10,950 nt of DNA, from the IMG/VR virus record IMGVR_UViG_3300037455_000402, positions 1 to 10,950 of that record. The stretch is one strand, 5' to 3'. This document shows, piece after piece, positions 6,419 to 10,950 of this stretch; position 1 is the stretch's first letter; each line of letters opens with the position of its first letter. The notes under the pieces were generated by a model. That model made no database searches. It had not been told where the DNA came from and saw nothing but the letters and a program-made list of their open reading frames with translations. The DNA comes from a virus (lineage: Duplodnaviria; Heunggongvirae; Uroviricota; Caudoviricetes). The translations under genes were made by a program, and so were the position numbers.

Positions 6419-6525
6419 TGGTGGAGACTACGGGAGTTGGAACCCGCTTCGACCGTTTCTTTCAACGGCGGCTCAGGAGACTTCCATCGAAGCACTCCCC
6501 GAGATACTGACCTCTGCCAGTCCCC
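6419..6525 (-). ncRNA. tRNA-like RNA, 107 nt, Ala-type acceptor, D-arm replaced by a long hairpin
   Basis: GGGGACT/AGTCTCC-A-CCA (G3:U70); GCCGT-TGAAGAA-ACGGT; GCGGG-TTCCAACT-CCCGT. Confidence 0.7.
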
Positions 6526-6529
6526 ATTT

Positions 6530-6998
6530 AAAAGTGAGGTAGTAGTTCCACTATCCAGTCACTACCAACCAAGGTAGAAAGGTTGTTTTCCACTAAACGC
6601 AGGAAAATTCTCCTAAAAGCTGCTGCCCCGTCAATTTGTTAATCGCCTTTCAGTTCTGCCGCCGTACCTCTTGCGGTCGGAGAACTTTAGTGGTCAGCGG
6701 ATTTCGACTCTTCCCGACCACACACGCTCATCTGCGATGCCCTACACCCACTTACGTGACCTAAGGCTGGTCTATGTCAATCTTGATGGCTTTAGTCAGG
6801 ACTTGGTGTTGAGCTTCTCTGTTTCTGTCGTGATTGGTGAGTTCCCGACTTCAGGCGGCATTGCGTCACCCCAGCTAAGTGTCACCAACAGTTCTTTGGA
6901 CTTACTTCATCATTGCCCCCTTGGGTTAATGAATGCCAACCCTCGCACAAGCCCAGATTAAAACCATCAAGACTATCGGTTACAATTGCTTCACATTT
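6530..6998 (-). ncRNA. Large structured ncRNA, ~470 nt (ROOL/GOLLD-like candidate)
   Basis: No credible ORF; 25/27-bp long-range helix 6779-6805/6948-6974; several nested stems; lies in a phage tRNA cluster; family assignment unverified. Confidence 0.55.
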
Positions 6999-7047
6999 AT
7001 ATAGCGGAGAACTCAGAAACCGTACCGAACCGTGTACCGCTTATTTA

Positions 7048-7320
7048 TTACTCAGACTGAGTTTCATTGATTATCTTCCAGAAAGCGTAGACAGGAACAT
7101 CATCAAGCTCGCCGCTGTAATCGTAGTCGATATTCTCAGCATTTACTGTAAGAAAAAGCTCTTCAACAGTAGCATCTTCAGCAAGTGTAGCGAATACCCA
7201 CTCAACTTCGTGAACAGCAGGTTTGCCGTTCTCGTCAACGTCTTCTTCATCAACAAGCCAGTAAGTTCCATCATCTTCACGATGAACTGTGAATTCAATG
7301 TAAGAGCATATTGTTTTCAT
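7048..7320 (-). CDS. Small acidic hypothetical protein, 90 aa
   Basis: AAAGGAAG RBS; own promoter; 24 D/E residues; TAA stop. Confidence 0.85.
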   Translation of the reverse strand: MKTICSYIEFTVHREDDGTYWLVDEEDVDENGKPAVHEVEWVFATLAEDATVEELFLTVNAENIDYDYSGELDDVPVYAFWKIINETQSE

Positions 7321-7355
7321 TAACTTTACTTCCTTTCTTTACCTTTTCTATATAT

Positions 7356-7384
7356 ATTATAGCATAATTTTTGAAATTTGTAAA
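7356..7384 (-). promoter_or_regulatory. Repeated phage promoter
   Basis: TTTACA-17-TATAAT with TG, followed by ATATATAGAAAAGG. Confidence 0.8.
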
Positions 7385-7404
7385 GATTTTTGAGCTCTTA
7401 ATTT

Positions 7405-7656
7405 TTAATAAAGAACTCGCTGCTTTTCACACCAGACGACATCTTCGACGGAATACTCAGCACCGAACTGCTCAGTTTCTTCGGTCCATTCGGTAAGGAT
7501 TTTATCAGCTGCATCGAGCCAACCTTTCTTTTTGTAGTATTCAATCATAGCATCTACTTCTCGCTTACCTGCTGTAATCGCCGCCTCAGGAGTACCAAAA
7601 ATGTCGACTTCAGCTACGTCGAAATAGTGGACAACCCATACGTATTTGTCTTCCAT
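7405..7656 (-). CDS. Hypothetical phage protein, 83 aa
   Basis: AAGGAG RBS; TGATG stop/start overlap with the upstream gene. Confidence 0.85.
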   Translation of the reverse strand: MEDKYVWVVHYFDVAEVDIFGTPEAAITAGKREVDAMIEYYKKKGWLDAADKILTEWTEETEQFGAEYSVEDVVWCEKQRVLY

Positions 7657-7853
7657 CAGTCGAACTCCTTTCCAGTGAGCTGCTTGTAGATTCCGCTGAG
7701 AACGTCTTTTGCATCATCACTGTCTATCTCATTCCAGCTGTTTACACCGCCGTTTTTGAAGAGGACAGATACTTTACTGCCGTTACGAACCACGCTCACG
7801 ATTTCGTCCTTATCAGCAAAGCAAGAATCATTTAACTTAATGTATTTCGCCAT
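7656..7853 (-). CDS. Hypothetical phage protein, 65 aa
   Basis: AAAGGAAG RBS; own promoter; translationally coupled to the next gene. Confidence 0.8.
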   Translation of the reverse strand: MAKYIKLNDSCFADKDEIVSVVRNGSKVSVLFKNGGVNSWNEIDSDDAKDVLSGIYKQLTGKEFD

Positions 7854-7887
7854 TTTTTAACTTCCTTTCTTAACCTTTTCTATATAT

Positions 7888-7916
7888 ATTATAATATAAT
7901 TTTCAAGAAAAGTAAA
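7888..7916 (-). promoter_or_regulatory. Repeated phage promoter
   Basis: TTTACT-17-TATAAT followed by ATATATAGAAAAGG. Confidence 0.8.
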
Positions 7917-7918
7917 GA

Positions 7919-8098
7919 TTAAAAAGTATTTGAATTTTTATTTTGTGGCTCAACTCTCAGATACCACTGAAAGCCCGCATTGTCTGTATATACGCCGCCG
8001 TGCCTATCATAGAAGTCCTTTGCATCTTTATGAGACACACCTTCCATAATAACCTTGTCGAACTTATCATATGAACTCTAACCGACTACTTTAAACAT
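7919..8098 (-). CDS. Hypothetical protein, 59 aa, with an in-frame TAG (codon 7)
   Basis: GGAGGA RBS + ATG overlapping the phosphoesterase stop; MFKVVG*SSYDKFDKVIMEGVSHKDAKDFYDRHGGVYTDNAGFQWYLRVEPQNKNSNTF-TAA. Confidence 0.65.
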
Positions 8099-8663
8099 TT
8101 GTATCCTCCCCAAGGAATGAGATACATTCCTCTACTTTTTCATTGAAGTCTGTAATGACCTGCTCGATTGATACAGGTCTATTGTCGTGAGCATCTGCCG
8201 CCACATTGTACATATAAGGACGGTCCTCATAGAACTTATCCTTACTGTGAGTATGACCGAACAGATTGATTACTGCACGGTTCGGGTCTTGTTCAAGACC
8301 TGCGGTCAGTGTCGGATAATGTGAGAGATAAAACTCACGCTTTTTGTACTTAATCTTAGTTGCATAACCCTCACAAAAAACGAGCGGGTCTTCATAATAC
8401 ATCTGAATCTTTTTAGGAGTATCGTGGTTGCCGAAGATAAGATGAATGTTTCCCTTGAGTTTCATAATTGTATCACGAATGAAGCGTTCATCAGTACCGA
8501 GGAAGAAATCTCCCAGTACATAAATGTCATCAGCATCGGTAACTGTTTCGTTCCAGTTCTTGATGAGAGTTTCATTCATTTCTTCGATTGATTTGAACCC
8601 TCTCGGTCCATACACGAACTCTCTGTCGTGATTAAAATGTGTATCACTGATAAAATAAATCAT
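8091..8663 (-). CDS. Calcineurin-like metallophosphoesterase, 190 aa
   Basis: Motifs SDTHFNH, LGDF, GNHD, SHYP, GHTH; the ATG at 8663 has better AAGGAG spacing than 8669. Confidence 0.93.
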   Translation of the reverse strand: MIYFISDTHFNHDREFVYGPRGFKSIEEMNETLIKNWNETVTDADDIYVLGDFFLGTDERFIRDTIMKLKGNIHLIFGNHDTPKKIQMYYEDPLVFCEGYATKIKYKKREFYLSHYPTLTAGLEQDPNRAVINLFGHTHSKDKFYEDRPYMYNVAADAHDNRPVSIEQVITDFNEKVEECISFLGEDTNV

Positions 8664-8674
8664 TCTCATTCTCC

Positions 8675-9160
8675 TTACTTTTTCATAATGAATGGCATTA
8701 TCACGCCGACGATTCTACGAGGATTAGGACGGAAGATGAAAACTGGGGAGAACTCGTCCTTAACCCAGATTTCATCGGTGGCTGAGAAGTATTCAAGATA
8801 TTTCCCCTGTACATAAACGCTACCCTCGTCCTTTGCAATCTTTGCAATCATTTTCTTACGAGAGGGAGAACCGATATTTGTCTCACCAACTACGATACCT
8901 CTTTCATACCCCTTGAAGTCGAATAACATTCTACCTGTATTTGTGTAGTAGCTATACGGATTGTCAAGGTCAACAGGAGAGATAACTTCTTTATCAATGT
9001 GGCGGAGAACATCTTCCCAACCAACTAACAGCGAACTGAAGTTGCCGAAAGGCACATTCTCAACCACTATTTGAGTAGCAAGAACTTCGTCCTTGCCTGC
9101 ATAAAGCTTTTTAGCCAGTTCAAGCTGGAACTTTAAGTCTTTTGACATCTTCTCTGCCAT
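8675..9160 (-). CDS. Hypothetical protein, 161 aa; C-terminus resembles a beta-clamp-like domain end
   Basis: GAGAGGA RBS before the ATG at 9160; own promoter; ends ...SPVFIF...VGVIMPF. Confidence 0.8.
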   Translation of the reverse strand: MAEKMSKDLKFQLELAKKLYAGKDEVLATQIVVENVPFGNFSSLLVGWEDVLRHIDKEVISPVDLDNPYSYYTNTGRMLFDFKGYERGIVVGETNIGSPSRKKMIAKIAKDEGSVYVQGKYLEYFSATDEIWVKDEFSPVFIFRPNPRRIVGVIMPFIMKK

Positions 9161-9194
9161 TTCTTTTTTCCTCTCTTTCATCTTTTCTATATAT

Positions 9195-9223
9195 ATTATA
9201 TCATAATTTTTTATTTTTGTAAA
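9195..9223 (-). promoter_or_regulatory. Repeated phage promoter (overlaps the 3' end of the brxL-like gene)
   Basis: TTTACA-17-TATAAT with TG, followed by ATATATAGAAAAG. Confidence 0.8.
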
Positions 9224-10635
9224 GACTTTATCTTTATAGAGGGCATCTTAACATCTTCATATTCCTCATCGAGATGACGTAACTGACAAAGGACCGCCCA
9301 TCTCATTCTGATAGCAGGCTGGAGGCAGTAGGTATTGAAATCTTCTATGTTAACATCTGCAACAGACTTAACCTGCGGGAAAAGTAATTTCAAATAAGCT
9401 GTGCAAGTCTTCTTGATAGCTTCAAAGTTTCTTGTATCGCAGTTACCCTCTATTTCAAGAATCTCGTCAACGATTGCTCTGTAGTAAAACTCATTACGAA
9501 GTTCGTGGAACATACCTGTAAGATAGTTTGCGCTTAAGCCCCAGCCCTCATACTTCTTATTCTCAGTGAAACGTCCTATCTTCCAACCTTCGATGATACC
9601 AGAGAAGCGGTCAAGGAACGCTGACTCCTTAAACATCTTAGGAAGAGTGGAGAACATATTGTGCTTCTCGAAGTCCATTTGACCAATCGGAATATTACCA
9701 ACAAGGGTAAGACCTGCATCGGCTGAACCGCAGTAGTTACCAATACGAATTTCACCATTTTCAAGATAAGGCTTGAGCACACCGTTCATTTCCTCAGCAT
9801 TTGCACACTTGATAGTCTGGCACTCGTCCCATATTACGTTGTCGTAACGAGAGAAGTAACCAACTTTCTTAGTGGCATTGTTGTAAAAAGCTGTAGCGCG
9901 GCTGACTGTACCAGAAGTAAGCCAGTTATGAATTGAAAGCTGTGAATAGCAGTATGACTTACCACTACCCTTGATAGCTAACTCTATCTGATTAAGTCTC
10001 TTCTCTACGAAAGGAAGAAAACGCTGAAGGAGAGTTAACTTGCCCTCCTTATCAAATCCTTTGGGATTGAAGTTAAGACCTGCAAGAAGAACATCTATCC
10101 ACTCATCTGTGGTGTACTGCTCTCTACCCTTCTGGTACTTCTTTAACTCAAAAGTGTATGGACAAAGTGGCTTAAACTCGACGAGCTTAACCATACCACA
10201 ATCATAACATAGAGTTGCTTCACCCCAAGCACCATCAGGATTGAGAAGGTGATTTTTAGAATGAGCAATTGTGGACCAGTCGAGCTGTGCTTCATTCTTC
10301 TTCTTAGGGAAGCCATATTCGGGAAGACTAAAGCAAATTAACTCATTTGCATAGTCAAACTCGACTACGACCTTTGTAAGAAGTTTAATTTCTCCTTTTG
10401 CAGTATGAGCTGCTTCAAGGAGTTTTAAGTTCCATTCGTTTGTCTTTAAACGAAACTCCTTAACGTATTCGCTTAATTCAAATGCCTGAAGAACACCTTC
10501 ACGATTTGTGAATTTCTGGAGTAACCAAGACTTTACGTCAGCAGGTAAATCAAGAAAATTTGCGAGAGTATTACCTGATGTAGTCTTGTTGATTGTCGCT
10601 TCGGGAAATGCCCCGATTAACTTTGTGTAATCCAT
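9211..10635 (-). CDS. brxL: BrxL-like MCM-related AAA+ ATPase lacking the C-terminal Lon protease domain, 474 aa
   Basis: R..YTTDEWIDVLL, LLQRFLPFVE, Walker A ELAIKGSGKS, Walker B VIWDE, LVGN, SAFLDRFSG.I.GW arginine-finger region; ends soon after the ATPase domain. Confidence 0.85.
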   Translation of the reverse strand: MDYTKLIGAFPEATINKTTSGNTLANFLDLPADVKSWLLQKFTNREGVLQAFELSEYVKEFRLKTNEWNLKLLEAAHTAKGEIKLLTKVVVEFDYANELICFSLPEYGFPKKKNEAQLDWSTIAHSKNHLLNPDGAWGEATLCYDCGMVKLVEFKPLCPYTFELKKYQKGREQYTTDEWIDVLLAGLNFNPKGFDKEGKLTLLQRFLPFVEKRLNQIELAIKGSGKSYCYSQLSIHNWLTSGTVSRATAFYNNATKKVGYFSRYDNVIWDECQTIKCANAEEMNGVLKPYLENGEIRIGNYCGSADAGLTLVGNIPIGQMDFEKHNMFSTLPKMFKESAFLDRFSGIIEGWKIGRFTENKKYEGWGLSANYLTGMFHELRNEFYYRAIVDEILEIEGNCDTRNFEAIKKTCTAYLKLLFPQVKSVADVNIEDFNTYCLQPAIRMRWAVLCQLRHLDEEYEDVKMPSIKIKSLQK

Positions 10636-10669
10636 TTAACTTAATTTCCTTTCCTAACTTTCTATATAT

Positions 10670-10698
10670 ATTATAGCATAAATTTTAACAAAAGTAAA
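10670..10698 (-). promoter_or_regulatory. Repeated phage promoter
   Basis: TTTACT-17-TATAAT with TG, followed by ATATATAGAAAG. Confidence 0.8.
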
Positions 10699-10713
10699 GA
10701 AAGTTATTTAATT

Positions 10714-10750
10714 AAAAATTTCGCCGCCATACCTAAATAGCACGGCGGCA
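10714..10750 (-). terminator. Intrinsic terminator
   Basis: GCCGCCGTGC/GTATGGCGGC stem followed by AAATTTTT, after a TAA stop. Confidence 0.65.
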
Positions 10751-10755
10751 CTTTG

Positions 10756-10950
10756 TTAGTCATCAATTTTTTTCAATATGTAAGTGTCATTTACCTCAGT
10801 AAGATGTTTCTCAGTAAGACCGTCGTCGAACTCTTCATCAAGATGTTGGCTCCAGTCCTGAGCAACTCTTTCAAGAAGGTGGTCGTAGCACTTCATTTCA
10901 AAATTGCATCGGTCGCCATAAAGTGCAATTGCAACTGCAACATCTCCCTG
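10756..10950 (-). CDS. 3' end of a hypothetical protein (truncated by the window edge)
   Basis: Open frame QGDVAVAIALYGDRCNFEMKCYDHLL...LKKIDD-TAA followed by a terminator. Confidence 0.7.
   Translation of the reverse strand, partial: QGDVAVAIALYGDRCNFEMKCYDHLLERVAQDWSQHLDEEFDDGLTEKHLTEVNDTYILKKIDD

Noticed and set aside
6419..6920. Full-length or permuted tmRNA (3' end looks like a tmRNA tRNA-like domain)
   Set aside because: The matching 5' acceptor strand GGGGACT is only 107 nt away, leaving no room for a tag ORF; each Ala-like RNA pairs with its own 5' end
4549..7323. Track ORFs overlapping tRNAs and ncRNAs (4549, 5002, 5047, 5599, 5966, 6183, 6386, 6671, 6913)
   Set aside because: They overlap RNA genes or real CDSs, lack an RBS, and have non-protein-like composition

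Overview
This window looks like a segment of a large Bacillota (Firmicutes)-type phage genome. It has many small hypothetical ORFs, most behind their own consensus sigma-A promoter, plus a tRNA cluster. Plus-strand genes (1-1400) and minus-strand genes (3395-10950) converge on a ~2 kb repeat-rich non-coding region. Three minus-strand genes missed by the ORF track read cleanly through four in-frame TAG codons, while every well-supported gene ends in TAA or TGA. This indicates amber recoding, most likely genetic code 15 (TAG=Gln). The 4340-7045 interval is a dense RNA island. It holds four tRNAs (Asp-GTC, Glu-CTC, Lys-CTT, short-arm Leu-AAG), two odd CCA-ended tRNA-like RNAs with alanine identity elements, a 27-bp-stem RNA carrying a T-arm, a ~470-nt ROOL/GOLLD-like candidate, and two pairs of paralogous unknown RNA motifs. 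The right end encodes a metallophosphoesterase and a stand-alone BrxL-like AAA+ ATPase that lacks the Lon protease domain. All calls were made by eye; no searches or folding programs were run.
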